Shown here one piece after another: positions 25,906 to 37,754 of a DNA stretch of 64,000 nt. The notes under the pieces are model-generated. The model was not told the origin of the DNA and did no database searches. It saw only the letters and a program-made list of their open reading frames with translations. Each line of letters starts with the position of its first letter. Position 1 is the stretch's first letter. This DNA comes from Lama glama. Taxonomy: Eukaryota. The DNA is taken from positions 9,674,001 through 9,738,000 of the forward strand of contig CM052816.1 of the NCBI GenBank assembly GCA_028534125.1, read 5' to 3'. Position numbers and translations under genes: made by a program.

Positions 25906-28074
25906 GAAACTTCACCTCTTCTTTACTGAGTAGGGAAGCCTCAGGATGAACTAGCTCCACTTTTTTTTCCCTTTGCCTTGTAATTCTGGAAATTTTACCA
26001 TATACCTTTATGTCTATTTTTACCTTTCTCTCCGTTTCAGTTTACCTAGGGAGCTACACATCCATCCATTCCTTCCTTATTGCCAGTACCTGACTATGTG
26101 GTTTACATTCCTCATCATATTTATTCCTCACAATAATTCCATGAGGTTTAAACTACTTTGAAACTTGCACAAGGGAAAAAGAAACTGAGGCTTAGGGGAG
26201 TAAATTCATTTGTGGAAGCTAACTAGCTACTAACAAAGCTACAAATGGGCAGAGATAGGATTAAAACACAGGTACATTTAATCCTAAACCTACGTTCACT
26301 TACTTTCTCTGTTTTCTTTCATCTTAGAGAATGAATGTTCCCTTTAGTTTACTTTCCATAAACTTCTAAGCCCAGTACCATCATCATCTTGTATGATGCC
26401 CTGTGCCTTTCTTGGAAGTGTCTTTGATTTTTCTGTCTCCCTCTTTCCACAGTCAGCACTCAGTCTCCAAAAAATGCCTCCTAGGTAATTAGACTGCATG
26501 TTCTATGAAGGAAAAGACCCTATCTACCCAGTTCTGCAGTGCAAGTTTTTTTTTAATCACTTGATAGGTATTCAGTAATATGTATGAAAGGAAGAAATCC
26601 ATCCATTGTTTTGTTGTTGCTGTTGGGTTTTGTTTTTGTTTTTTTACTATGTTCTTGCATATTTTTGAGAGTGTCTTCTCAGATGTACTGTAGAGACACT
26701 GTCTAGTCCACTAAGACATAACCCTACTGGAATTTTGATTAGAGCCACATAAATTTGGTAAAAGTAATGTCTTTTATTAATCTTTTCATACATTAATGTG
26801 ATATACCGTCTTTCTGACTTGCAGGGAAATTTATCCATTCTCTTGATATACAGGAATTTCAAGAATGCTATTTCTAAAACACAAATCTGATCCTGTTGCC
26901 CTACTCAGAGCTTCCATTGGCTCCTCATTGCTTATATTACGGGGTTATTATTTATGGTAAAACTTGAATGTGAAGAAATGCAACATTATTTTGTATAACT
27001 GAAATCAACTTATTCATGAATATCCATGAACCATGTTCAGCTGATGATGGACACAAAGTTACGTTGGAAACTTCTGGTTTCTGGGGTAGGAGATGGAGGT
27101 TGAAATGAATATGGATCACAAGAAAAAAAGTGAAGAGAAGGGACAGATAAGTTAGAAGGGCTTTAAATATGCTTAGTACTAGTGCCAACCTTTTCGGTGT
27201 CTTTAGAAGCAGTTTATAAATTAAACATATGAGGAAAGAAAAATGCCTGCACCCTCTAACTAAAGGGAGTTTTATCTGCTAAGATTCAGAGGCCTTTGGC
27301 TGCTAATTACCTGTTGCTTCCTTGGGGCTCCTTTTCCCTTGTTTTCAAGAGCTTAAGTGATCCTTTGTGTACCAGCATAATTTTAGTTTTGCCAGGTAGA
27401 AAAAGGCACTAACATTAAGATTTCCTGATCCCTCTTGGAAAATGACGCCTGGCTAAATCAGATCTCCTCACACATCTCCCTGCCCACCCCCTGCCAAAAT
27501 ACGGATTAATTTGAAGAGCACATAAAATTGCACGAGGCCAGGTCTCAAGTCTGGAGTGTAAACTGGAGAAACAGACAGTACAATCCACTTTGGATTCCTG
27601 AATTGTGTCCTGTAATCATAAGAACTACAAAGGCCAGTCCAGCCCTGTATTGACTCACTGGAAATGGGGCTGCCTCAAGTTTTCAGGGCCTCAGGCATTC
27701 CCAGTCATTAGCATCTCCATCATTAGACTGAGACCATCTTAATAGATGTGATTAACATTCAAAGAAATGCAGTTCCTAGGCAAGTTTGGTTGAAGTTCAC
27801 TGGATTTGTTGGGATACGGGCTAACTTAATATAACAGACATAGAAGAGTATAGCACCTTCATTTATAATTTTATTTATTTTCCCATAATGGTTCCAAGGT
27901 AGATGGATCGATCTGGGCTGGAGGAGATCCTGCCATCCACAACTTAAGTCGTCCACTTTAGGGCAGATGGTAGATAGTGGTCCATTCCTCTCCACTTCTG
28001 GGTCAATGAGAATTAGGTTTAACTGGAAGGCCAAATGCTCATTTAAAATGTGTTTTACTAAAGAAATGTAGAAT

Positions 28075-28483
28075 TGTGAAGGAAAAGCCCAGCTGGGCTA
28101 ACAAGCTAAGTCACAAATCTAAGTGTGATAAGTGTCGGTTTACTGATATAAGTTCTGCTGGGCTAACTTGTAAATCTAAAGTTTAGTGTCAGTTTACTGG
28201 GCTAACAAGCTAACTCGTAAATCCAAGCTCAACAAGTGTCAGTAACGTGATCTGTTCCGAATTGATAAGCTTCAGTGTACTGATTCCTTGCTTTTTGTTG
28301 TTTGAGCCTTATTGGCTAATAGCCCATACTTGTAGTTAACCCTATAAAACCTCATGTGCACGTCTTGGAGGTGCTCAGAGCTTCGGAGCAGAAGCCCCTC
28401 TGAGCCCGCCGGCGTAATACATCTGAGTACTCCAACCCTCCGAGTGGTGCTTGTTTCTTGGCTGGCCTGTCATTTCCGTAACA
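28075..28483 (+). mobile_element. Solo LTR (ERV1-like, 4-bp TSD)
   Basis: TG...CA ends; TSD GAAT/GAAT; TATAAAA at 28343; internal repeats of CTGGGCTAAC(AAGCTAA); same family as 30301-30712. Confidence 0.9.
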
Positions 28484-28665
28484 GAATTAGTATTTGAAAA
28501 CAACAGTGTACCATAATTACTGTCAGGTTCATGGTAATGACTTCATAAGCATTTGCTGGCATGAAAGAGTCCTGTTTACTTAACATCTCAAGCATCTATT
28601 CTATATATTCATTAGAATGAAAATTTATTGGACAACACTAACTTGGCCTTCAATAGATTTGCTTT

Positions 28666-29082
28666 TGTAAGGAGGCAAAATTTGCCACCGCTAAATATAT
28701 CTCTTTGGCATGAGGATTATTTTGGATTGATACTTTTTAAGAAACAAAAGACTCAGGAGGAACCTTTGACCTTCCCCCTAACCACCTAAAAGAATTTAGA
28801 CAGAGGACCTGTCCCAGGAAGGGCGTTATCACTAGAGGTACCTAGAGTATAATATAAACTAGGAGTGGGAGACAGGGAGGAACCTAGCAAATCCTTCTCG
28901 GTGTCTGATTGTGTATGTGTGTATCTATTTCATTTTGCCTGTTTTTGGAATTTCTCATGCTCAGATTCCCCACAGTTACATAATCAGATCTGATTTTGGC
29001 CTGTCACTCTATCTTACGTCAATTTAATTCTTGGACCAGCCAGAAGAACCTAGAAGGGTGGAGAAAATTTTTCTCTCCAACA
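28666..29082 (+). mobile_element. Older solo LTR (MER34/MER39-like)
   Basis: TGTAAGGAGGCAAAATTTGCCACC...CTCCAACA ends; flanks CTTT/CTTC; family assignment from memory. Confidence 0.7.
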
Positions 29083-30031
29083 CTTCGAACCAAGTTTCGT
29101 CCTTTCCTTTATAGGTAGTTTGTATAGGAGATGTTTTAGAAAACAGTGATATATTTTTTTAAAGTTCCAAGGGTTTAGGCCCTTGTTGAATTAACATTTC
29201 CAAACTCTTCTTTTTCTTGCTTGATTCTCTTGTTCCTTTCCAACTTTCATGCTTGGAAAGTTTTTACATATCTTCTCTATCTTAAAATCTGTAACTGCAC
29301 GTATTTTCTTCTTTGCTCCTCATACTTCTGGGTTCATCAGATCAAACTGTCCCAGGCCTCCTGCTGAGGGAAGACGTATTGTGAAGTACCTGTGACGCAT
29401 CTCTCCTGACCTTTGTGTATCCCGCAGGGAGGACACGGAGCATCTCTGCCTCTTGGCTGCCCTGAGCTCTCTGTATCACCTCCCTTGTAAATCAGCAAGA
29501 ATGACTTACCTGGACAGAGGGGGATGACCGGGAAGGAAAGGTAAGACAGCCACTGTTGCTTCACTGCCTGTTAACCTCTATGTCAGGTAGGTCAAGTGAG
29601 GCACGTAGGGAGCGAGCCCTGGGGGTAGATTCGTCCTTCCAGAAACAGCTGTTCCTGTTTTTCATAAGAAAACGTGGAGATTCTGATGTGCATGTTTACT
29701 CTGAATACAGCCAGGTTCCTCGTAGGTTGACTCAAAGGTTTAGGAGAGTAATCAGCTTCTTCTCATGTTCACAGAGCACTTCTCATGAGTTTTCTCTTAC
29801 ACTTTAGGGCGGTCTTCTGATGACAAGATACTTCTTGTGAATTATAGGGCTGGGGGAGCAGCAGAGGGGACAGTCCATCTTAACTTGGGGTCTAGGGGTT
29901 GGAGTAATTCCTCTGCAAATAAGACACTTTCTGAGGCTGTGGGTTTTATTTGCCTGTCCCTTGAAATGGGCATGTGTCTCTTTGCCATTGTTACAAACAT
30001 TCTGAAGGGTTTCTTTGACCGACTCGAAAAA

Positions 30032-30092
30032 ATGCCTCTCTTACCATGGATCAAAGCGATCTTCATCATCTTGACCTTTACTTTTTATTCTG
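30032..30092 (+). CDS. Module A signal-peptide exon of an acrosin-inhibitor-like SPINK (MPLLPWIKAIFIILTFTFYS)
   Basis: AAAATG start, hydrophobic core, phase-1 donor TCTG|gtgagt; paralogous to exons at 33056, 38474 and 44954. Confidence 0.78.
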
Positions 30093-30300
30093 GTGAGTAA
30101 ATTTTCCAGTCCTGGGTAGAACAACTTCATATATCCTAGAAACACAGGAAGCTGTTTGCTGTACCTGAGAAATCAGTGGTGGTTTTATTAAGTTTGTAAT
30201 TCTGACATTGGTAAAATGACACAGGGCTTGTTATAAATTCCTTTTAAATACTTTATCACTAAATTGCTTTTTCTCATCTCCCATATTAGAGAAGGTGAAA

Positions 30301-30712
30301 TGTTATGGAAACGACAGGCCAGCCAAGAAACAAGCACTACTTGGAGGGTTGGAGTACTCAGATTTATTACACTGGTGGGTTCAGAGGGGCTTCTGCTCCG
30401 AAGCTCTGAGCACCTCCAAGACGTGTGCGTGGGGTTTTACAGGGTTAATTACAAGCATGGGGCTATTAGCCAATAAGGCACAAACAGCAAAAGCAGGGAA
30501 TCAGTACACTAGAACTTATCTAGTAGAAACAGATCATGTTACTGACACTTGCTGAGCTTGGATTTACAAGTTAGCTTGTTAGCCCAGTAAACCGACACTT
30601 ACTAAACTTCAGATTTACGAGTTAGCCCAGCAGAACTGAGATCAGTAAACCGACATTTATTAATTTAAATTTACGAGTTAGCTTGTTAGCCCAGCCCGGC
30701 TTTTCCTTCTCA
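30301..30712 (-). mobile_element. Solo LTR, same family as 28075-28483, opposite orientation, in module A intron 1
   Basis: Reverse-complement match along its length; flanks GAAA/AAAA; absent at the equivalent site in modules B, C and D. Confidence 0.9.
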
Positions 30713-31368
30713 AAAACAATGTGGTGGGTTAGAATAGGCGATAGACCTTTGCTCTTTGCTTAATTAAATTCTTTTTCCTTTTGGGGCCCAGATTCTATTG
30801 TAGTTAAATTCAAGTGTAGGGAAAGAATGATCTACTCTAGATCGGATATTCCTTGAAAATCTGATTTTTCAATAAACAGCTCTGAGCCCCTGAAATTAAG
30901 GCCTTTCTGTAAGGCCTTCATACCTCAGTTGATCAGTTATCATAAAGTTCAAAGTGGCCCATACAGTTAGGAAAAAAGTGACCGTTAGGTATTGAAAACA
31001 ACCCTCATATTTCTCCATTCTTAATGTAAATTTTATTTGTATCAAGTATGAATTGCTTCATAATTAAGTAATGTCACCCAGGACATCTACTTTCATCACA
31101 ACTAAATATCTTTTACAAAGCTTAATAAATTGGTATTTTCAAGGAGGGTATTAGGAGTTATTAAAAAAATAATATATACTATTTTTCACAGAGTTAATTT
31201 GGGGATTTTTTTTCCTAAGATTTGGATATATTTGAGAATTTGTATTTTTGTTACTACCACAAAATTCTTCCCTCATTAGTTGTAGTTCCTTGAATAGGTC
31301 ACTGAGATAGATTTATGCTACCCACATATGTACGGGCTTCTTATGTTTTTACTGTTCTTTAGTTACAG

Positions 31369-31406
31369 AAACTGCTTTTACAAAAACATCAAGTTTCACG
31401 CATTGG
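31369..31406 (+). CDS. Module A 38-nt exon 2 (ETAFTKTSSFTHW)
   Basis: Acceptor ttacag|AA, donor TGG|gtaagt; no stop; same length, phase and downstream flank as 34027-34064. Confidence 0.72.
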
Positions 31407-31489
31407 GTAAGTTACTACGGGTTCATTTGGAAGTTGAAAAGTAAAATTTTAACAATTTTCATTTTTAAAAATCATAGCAAAATTACTTG

Positions 31490-31968
31490 TTTTCTTTCTC
31501 TCCCTCCCTCCCTCTCTCCCCCTTCCTTCCTTCCTATCAACCGATCCATCCATCTACCAACGAATGCACCTACCTACGCATTTTTCTTTCTTTCTTTCTC
31601 CTTTCTTTCTTTCTCTCCCCCTCTCCCTCCCTCTCTCTTCCTACCTATCCAATTGTCTAGCCATGCACCTTTACCTACGTACCTATCCATGCATTCACTC
31701 ACCCACCTTTCTTTGTATCTCTCCCTTCCTTCCTTCCTATCAACCCTTCATCCATCCACCAACCCACGAACCTACCTAACCAGCCACCCACCCATCGATC
31801 CATCCACCTATGAACCCACAAACCTACCTACCCATCAACATTTCTTTTTTCTTCTCTCCTTCTTTCTTTCTTCCTACCTTTCCTCTCTCTCTCCCTTTTA
31901 TCCTGCCTATCAACCCTTCCATCCATCTACCTACCCATCCTACCACCCATTATGTATGTATGTATGTG
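31490..31968. repeat. Pyrimidine-rich low-complexity tract (CCTT/CCAT/CTAC/TCTT)
   Basis: Directly visible; accounts for the 196-aa ORF 31434-32024. Confidence 0.9.
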
Positions 31969-32074
31969 TACCTGAGTCACTTTGCTGTGCACCTGAAACT
32001 AACAAGCATTCTTTCTCATCTTAAGTTCTTAAGTTCCCAAAGCTGGCTGCCCTGACCTGACACTCATCTGGGAG

Positions 32075-32140
32075 CTTTTTTCTTTTTTAATTGAAGTATA
32101 GTCAGTTTAAAATGCTGTGTCAATTTCTAGCATACAGCAC
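32075..32140 (-). mobile_element. Extremely truncated L1 3' tip with 16-bp TSD
   Basis: T-run + AATTGAAGTATAGTCAG...; TCATCT(G/C)GGAGCTTTT at 32064-32079 and 32141-32156. Confidence 0.8.
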
Positions 32141-32955
32141 ATCATCTCGGAGCTTTTTGAACATTCTTGGTGGTGAATTTGTACCGTAATTTTACAAGAT
32201 GTTCCCACTGGAGGAAATGGATTCAAAGGAACATGAGAACTCTGTGGCAGTGCTTACAGCTTTATGAGTTCTCCATTTATCTCAAAATGAAAAGTTTAAT
32301 AAAAAACAAATCTCCAGTTGAGGCTAATGTGCTTCCAGTGTTACACACCTACACGTTTACTACTTTGCATCTGATTATAGTTCTGCAAACTCTTCTCTTT
32401 TTTGTTTTGATTCTCCTTTCTTTTCAACTCAGCAGCTGGGAAAGTTTTCACATCTCTATCTTAGGGTTTCAAAACACATTGTGACCTTCTCCCTTCCTCG
32501 TATACCTGTGTTCATCTGATAAAACTGTCTCAAATTCCTGCTGAGAGATGATCTATTGAGACATCTTTGTGACACAGAACACAGAAAAACCTCAGGGTCG
32601 TATCTGCTGTGGGCCATCTGGTTTACCCCGTAGGGCTCCTCACCGACAGTCCCATAAGGGAGCCGCCTCAGCTGGGGGAGGTCGCCGAGGAGGAGAGAGC
32701 AGCAAAGAAGGCAGAGCCACTGGAGCCGGAGACCTCACTCTCCAGTCTTCTCCATCTCAGGTAGGTCAGCTGGGGACTATGGCATTAGCCCAGGTGTGTC
32801 GCACTGCTGTGAGGACTGCTCCAGATCAGTCCTTCCTGAATTAACTTACTATTTTCTGAGGAAAATCTGAAATTCCAAAGTGTGTATTTCTTTAAATGCA
32901 GCCAGGTTCCTTGTGGGCTGAGCCAGGGGCTGGGAGAGTAAACAGCTCCTTAAAT

Positions 32956-33055
32956 NNNNNNNNNNNNNNNNNNNNNNNNNNNNNNNNNNNNNNNNNNNNN
33001 NNNNNNNNNNNNNNNNNNNNNNNNNNNNNNNNNNNNNNNNNNNNNNNNNNNNNNN
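32956..33055. other. Assembly gap (100 N) hiding the start of the module B gene
   Basis: N run. Confidence 0.99.
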
Positions 33056-33078
33056 CTTGGTATATCCTCTTTATTCTG
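33056..33078 (+). CDS. Module B signal-peptide exon, 3' part (LVYPLYS)
   Basis: Donor TATTCTG|gtgagt, as in module A; the following intron matches modules A, C and D. Confidence 0.8.
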
Positions 33079-36044
33079 GTGAGTCAATTTTCCATTCCTG
33101 GATGAAGCAATTCACATTTTAGAAAATGCAGGAACAGCTGCTATTATCCAGGAATGGAGGAGCTTGATGTGCTGAAATTCTAATACTTAAACTGGCAAAA
33201 TGAATGGGTCCTGTTACCAAGTACCTCTTAAAAAATTGCATCAGTAGATTGCTTTTTCTCATTTCCCACCTTAGAAAGGAGGAGACAGAGAAGGGGGTTA
33301 CAATGAGCAGTAGAACTTAGCTGTTCGTTCATTTTTGACTAAAGACATTTACCTCATTTTTCCCCCTTTTCAGATTCTTTGGTTGCTAAGTACAGAGTAA
33401 AGTCAGGAGTAATGCTGTCTTCTAGATCTGGTATTCCTCAACAATCTGATTTGTTGTTTGCCAGCTCTGAGTCTGCTAAAGTCAAGGGTTTGTGTAAGGA
33501 GAGAATTCACTGACTCCTCTGCTGACAGCTTATCTATCTGAAAGCACAAGGTGGCCCATGAATTGCAAACTAAAGTAGCTGTGAGGTATTGGATAGATCC
33601 GTGATTCTCGAGCTAAGTACTAATTAATTGAGTACTAATTTTGTCATAGTAAGTGATTGCATACAACACATATTAAGTGGCATTAAGCAAGGCACTGTCT
33701 TCTCTGACTAGTATGTTTCATTTATAAAAAGAAAAAGAAAAACTATAGTATCTCCACAGGAGGTTTTCATAATCAGTAAACAATACATAAAGTTACTTTT
33801 CACAGAGTGAGATGAATTTCGAATTCTGTTTCCAAATTTGGAGTTATATATGGTGAACTTACTGTTTTGATACTGCCAAAAAGCTTTGCTTCCTTAGTTA
33901 CAGGATTTTCACTAGGCAATTTACATAGTACTTTGCTGCTGAAAGATACAGGTACTTCCCACCAAAGACTGATTGTTTTCCCCTCTTCTTCCTCTTTTAA
34001 ATTTTCCTTTTGTGTCTTGGCTGCAGAAACTGGTTTTGCACCTTCAGCAGACACACGTGAAAAGGTAAGTTTATACTGATTAATTTGGAAATTGAAAAAG
34101 GTAAACTTTAAATTTTTTTTAAGTTTTAACAGCAAATTTTATCAAATATACAACAGAATAATCCTTCAAAAAGTAAGAAAAAAAGTATTATTATACTAAG
34201 TTCTAGAAATGGAATCTTGCAGCCATATACAACCATTTGTCATTTCAGACAAGGTAAAAAATCCCATTATTCAAAAGTTTATTATTGGGCATAAACTTTG
34301 TTTTAGACAAGCATCCGAAAAGATTTGTTAAAGGGGGTTTAAAGTAGATTTGCTTATCCTAGCAAAACAAGAGGGTTTAAAAAAGCTAATTTCTTCATAC
34401 ACGAATAAAATATAATAGTTTTCATATACTCACAGACTGAAATATGGAGGTGAAGAGTACCACCTTCAGTTATAAACATCTAAATAGATAGTGGTATCAA
34501 AAGACATTTAAAGAGCAGGCCACATAAGAATACACACAATTATGTGTGCAATTACTGCCATCACTAAACAAATTCCATATATATGTCCATGGTTATAAAC
34601 ACACATACTCACATATATGAATACATACATATGTGGTGATAATCGGAAACTATCAGTTTATCTACTAGTGGAACTAATGAGACAGGGGAATTATAACCAA
34701 TTCAGGGTTATGATTTCTTCTGAGATAATGGGGAAAATCTGACCCAGATATGAGGAGAAGTAGGGGCAGAGAGGCTAAATTATAAAAGAGCATTCAGCCA
34801 TTTCTATAAAAAAATAACATTGGAGTTGTAAAAATATATCAATAATTTTTTCCTAAGCATTATGTAAGTACCTTGATGTTTATTTTTAAACCTCAATGTA
34901 GGGATACATTCCATTTTGATGCATAGCATACTGTATTAAGAACAAAGAACATTTTATTCCAAAAATTCATTATCTGAAAAATTTTGTTGTCTCTTTAATA
35001 GCCAAACTGTGATGTGTATGTGGATCAATTACATTATTGCACCAGAGAAATGGATCCAGTCTGTGCAACCAATGGCCAAACTTATTCCAACAGATGCGTT
35101 TTCTGCAGTGAAAAGCTGTAAGAACACAAGACTAAATACTGACTCTTCCAAAATAATGAAGAAACCACCACAAAATGAGAGGAACACCCATGCTTCCGAT
35201 AGTCTAGACACAGTGTAAATGGGAAATAACTGTGCTCTCTCTGTAAAAGCCACAGAAAACACACCTGTACCTTTCCCTGAAGTTCTCGTTTCTAAAAGTA
35301 CTTTTGATTTCACCTCTCAACATATCCCTCCAGGATATTCTGCAAAAGCAGGAATCAATTTAACTTAATTTAATTATTATGACTTACTAACGGCAGTCTG
35401 GTGACTAATAGAATGTAATTCAGAAGTCCAGACACTGAATGATAATCTCCACAGTGTAGCGCCGAGCTACAGGGAGCAGGACTGAGCAAGAAACCAGCCT
35501 GACTACAGAAATTTAAATCCCTCAGATTGAGCACTTCCTGCCAGGAAGAAACTCCTCTGATGGTCCACTTGGTCTCCTGAACTCCATGGCATTCAGGACA
35601 CATCACCCCACCTCCCTTCCTGTCCCCTCCCCAGGAGGGAGCCTGCAGTCCCAGGCTCAGCCAGCCTGGCTACTTCCTACCTCATTTTCTCACATAGGTG
35701 TTTCCTCTCAGTTAATCCCCAAAGTGGCTTCTCTAACAGAGAGCAACTCAAACAATGGGAAATCCATCCTCTCTCTGGCCTGGGTGGGCTCCAAGGCTGA
35801 GTCAGGAGGAGTCGAGGAGCCCCTGGTCAGGAGGACCTGGGCAGGGTGGGGGGCTCCGAGGGGCCCTGCTGCTCCTGGAATGGAGCACAGCCTCTCCTCA
35901 CTGCCTCACGTGCAGGTGCTCCTCCCCGAGAAGCACTCAGTGCAAGATCAGGTGATTTTCCTATTTTTACAATATAATTTATTTTTCTTCCTTTACAGCG
36001 AAAATAGTGGAAAATTCGATTTTAGTCATTATGGTGAGTGCTGA
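33056..36044 (+). CDS. Kazal-type inhibitor, sperm-associated acrosin inhibitor-like (module B); join(<33056-33078, 34027-34064, 35002-35117, 35999-36044); 5' partial
   Basis: ...LVYPLYSETGFAPSADTREKPNCDVYVDQLHYCTREMDPVCATNGQTYSNRCVFCSEKLENSGKFDFSHYGEC*. Cys spacing C-x9-C-x7-C-x10-C-x2-C-x17-C; GT-AG introns, phases 1/0/2; resembles recalled pig sperm-associated acrosin inhibitor (SETGFA, CDVY, CTREMDP, FCSEKL, KFDF). Confidence 0.92.
34027..34064 (+). CDS. Module B exon 2 (ETGFAPSADTREK)
   Basis: Acceptor ctgcag|AA, donor AAG|gtaagt. Confidence 0.9.
35002..35117 (+). CDS. Kazal core exon 3
   Basis: Acceptor ctctttaatag|CCA, donor CT|gtaaga; five Kazal Cys. Confidence 0.95.
35999..36044 (+). 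CDS. Last coding exon (ENSGKFDFSHYGEC*)
   Basis: Acceptor ttcctttacag|C; TGA at 36042-36044. Confidence 0.93.
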
Positions 36045-36319
36045 CTGCCTCAGGCGCACACTTCTGTGGCTTTTATTGCAATCCTGTGCTGCTGTGGATT
36101 CTACAACCGATGAGTCCTCTCAGTCAGGCCTTGAATTCCTAGATGACCAGACAAAGTCCCCTAAGGTACACAAGATGGAGAATAGAATATTGAAGAATTT
36201 TTCCAACTCTAAGAACCTGCAGATAAGCGACTTATTTTCTATGTTCAATTATTCCATGACAGTTGAAAAACCATTGGTAACAGAAAATGTAATGCAATTT
36301 ATAATCAGATATTTCAGTC

Positions 36320-36325
36320 AATAAA
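36320..36325 (+). terminator. Candidate polyadenylation signal of the module B gene
   Basis: First AATAAA after the stop, followed by T/GT-rich sequence at about 36355-36380. Confidence 0.65.
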
Positions 36326-36864
36326 ATGTTAAATAATATCATCTTTATTAAATACCTTTTCTTTCTTTGGTTGGTTAGTGGGCTGAAACACATGAATACT
36401 TCTGGTGACTATAATTAAATTCCCAAAGGTGAACAAACAATATATTACTTGGGTGTTTGCTCAAAGCATAGACACTTGGACTTCTCTTGTTTTATCCCTA
36501 TTTATCGTAATTATGTAAGATGGGTATATTTATGATAAGAAGACTGTGGATTATGAAGGTTGAACCTGAGTCCAGGTTACTCAGTGACAGATGGGATTTG
36601 TACTCCATCCTTCACCTGCCAGTGATCTTTCCACTGAGTCTGACTGAGGAGATGATTTAATTAGGGAGAAGCTAACAATGAATGAATCTCTGCCTTTGAA
36701 AAAGAGCCTCAAATATCTCCAAAGTGTCCCTCAAGCATCTCTGATGTAAAGCACAAATTTTTACCATGTCCCACGTAATGTAGTTGGAACCATGTAACTT
36801 AAGGCAATGTCCCATTCACTGCCAGATTTACTCCCCAGCTTTCACTCTCTCCTGTTCCAAAAAA

Positions 36865-37520
36865 ATCAGATCTGGAGAGCTAATGCACAGGGTAGTGATT
36901 ATAGTCAACAATTCTGTATTATGAACTTCAGTGTTCTTACTAACAGAAAAAAAGAATTAAGTGACATGACCAAGGTTTTAGGTAAGTACAGCATGGATGG
37001 TCTTAGCATTATGCTAAGTGAAATAGGTCAGAGAGAGAACGATAAATACTATAAGACATCACTTACCTGTGGAATCTAAAAATAATGCAACAAACTAGTG
37101 AATATAACAGAAAAGAAACAGACTCACAGATGTAGAAAAGGAACTGCTGGTTACCAGTGGGGAGAGGGAAGGGGGAGGGGCAAGATGGAGGCGGAGGATT
37201 AGGAGGTACAAAGGATCAGGGGTAAAATGAGCTACAAGGATGTATTGTACCTAATGGGGAATACAGCCAGTATTTTATAATAACTATAAATAGAGTATAA
37301 TCTTTAAAAATTGTGAATCACTATATTGTATATCCATAACATGTAGTATTGTATATCAACTATACTTCAACTTAAAAATGATATTATAAAATAAATACAT
37401 AAATAGCTTTAAAAAATAATAAAAAATACAATGGTATCACTGCAATATATAAATTATCAAATCATCATGTTGTACACCTTAAATTTACTCTATGTTGCAT
37501 GTCAGTGTATCTCAATTAGA
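36865..37520 (+). mobile_element. Nested L1 3' ends (younger piece at about 36975-37427 inside an older one)
   Basis: ATTATGCTAAGTGAAATA...GTGGAATCTAAAAA motifs and A-rich tail; the older L1 end resumes after it. Confidence 0.8.
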
Positions 37521-37754
37521 AATATATATACTCGCATCCCATCCCCAAGACAAGCTTCTCCAAAACCTGGCTGCACAGGGGACTCCTCCGGGAGCTTTTA
37601 CAAAGTCCCACTGCCCAGGCCTCCTCTACCTACCAGTTCACACTATTGATTGCAGGATACTGCGTTCATACTCTAGAAAATTTCCCACGGAATTCTAATA
37701 TGCCTGTAGTTTTTTTTTAATCTTTAGGGTGCAGGCCCTGAATTATCTGATTAT

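Larger units (their letters stand above)
29195..31490 (+). repeat. Module A of the tandem SPINK 5' duplication (upstream block + exon 1 + intron 1 + exon 2)
   Basis: CTCTTCTTTTTCTTGCTTGATTCTC...CATCAGATCAA...GCCTCCTGCTGAGGGAAGA block recurs at about 32389, 37764, 44257 and 48044; similarity runs to about 80 nt past exon 2. Confidence 0.88.

Noticed and set aside
28075..30712. Two similar LTRs as the ends of one provirus
   Set aside because: Opposite orientation, separate TSDs, no internal retroviral sequence.
31434..32024. 196-aa Pro/Ser/Leu-rich ORF
   Set aside because: Translation of a pyrimidine-rich simple repeat that lacks stop codons by composition.
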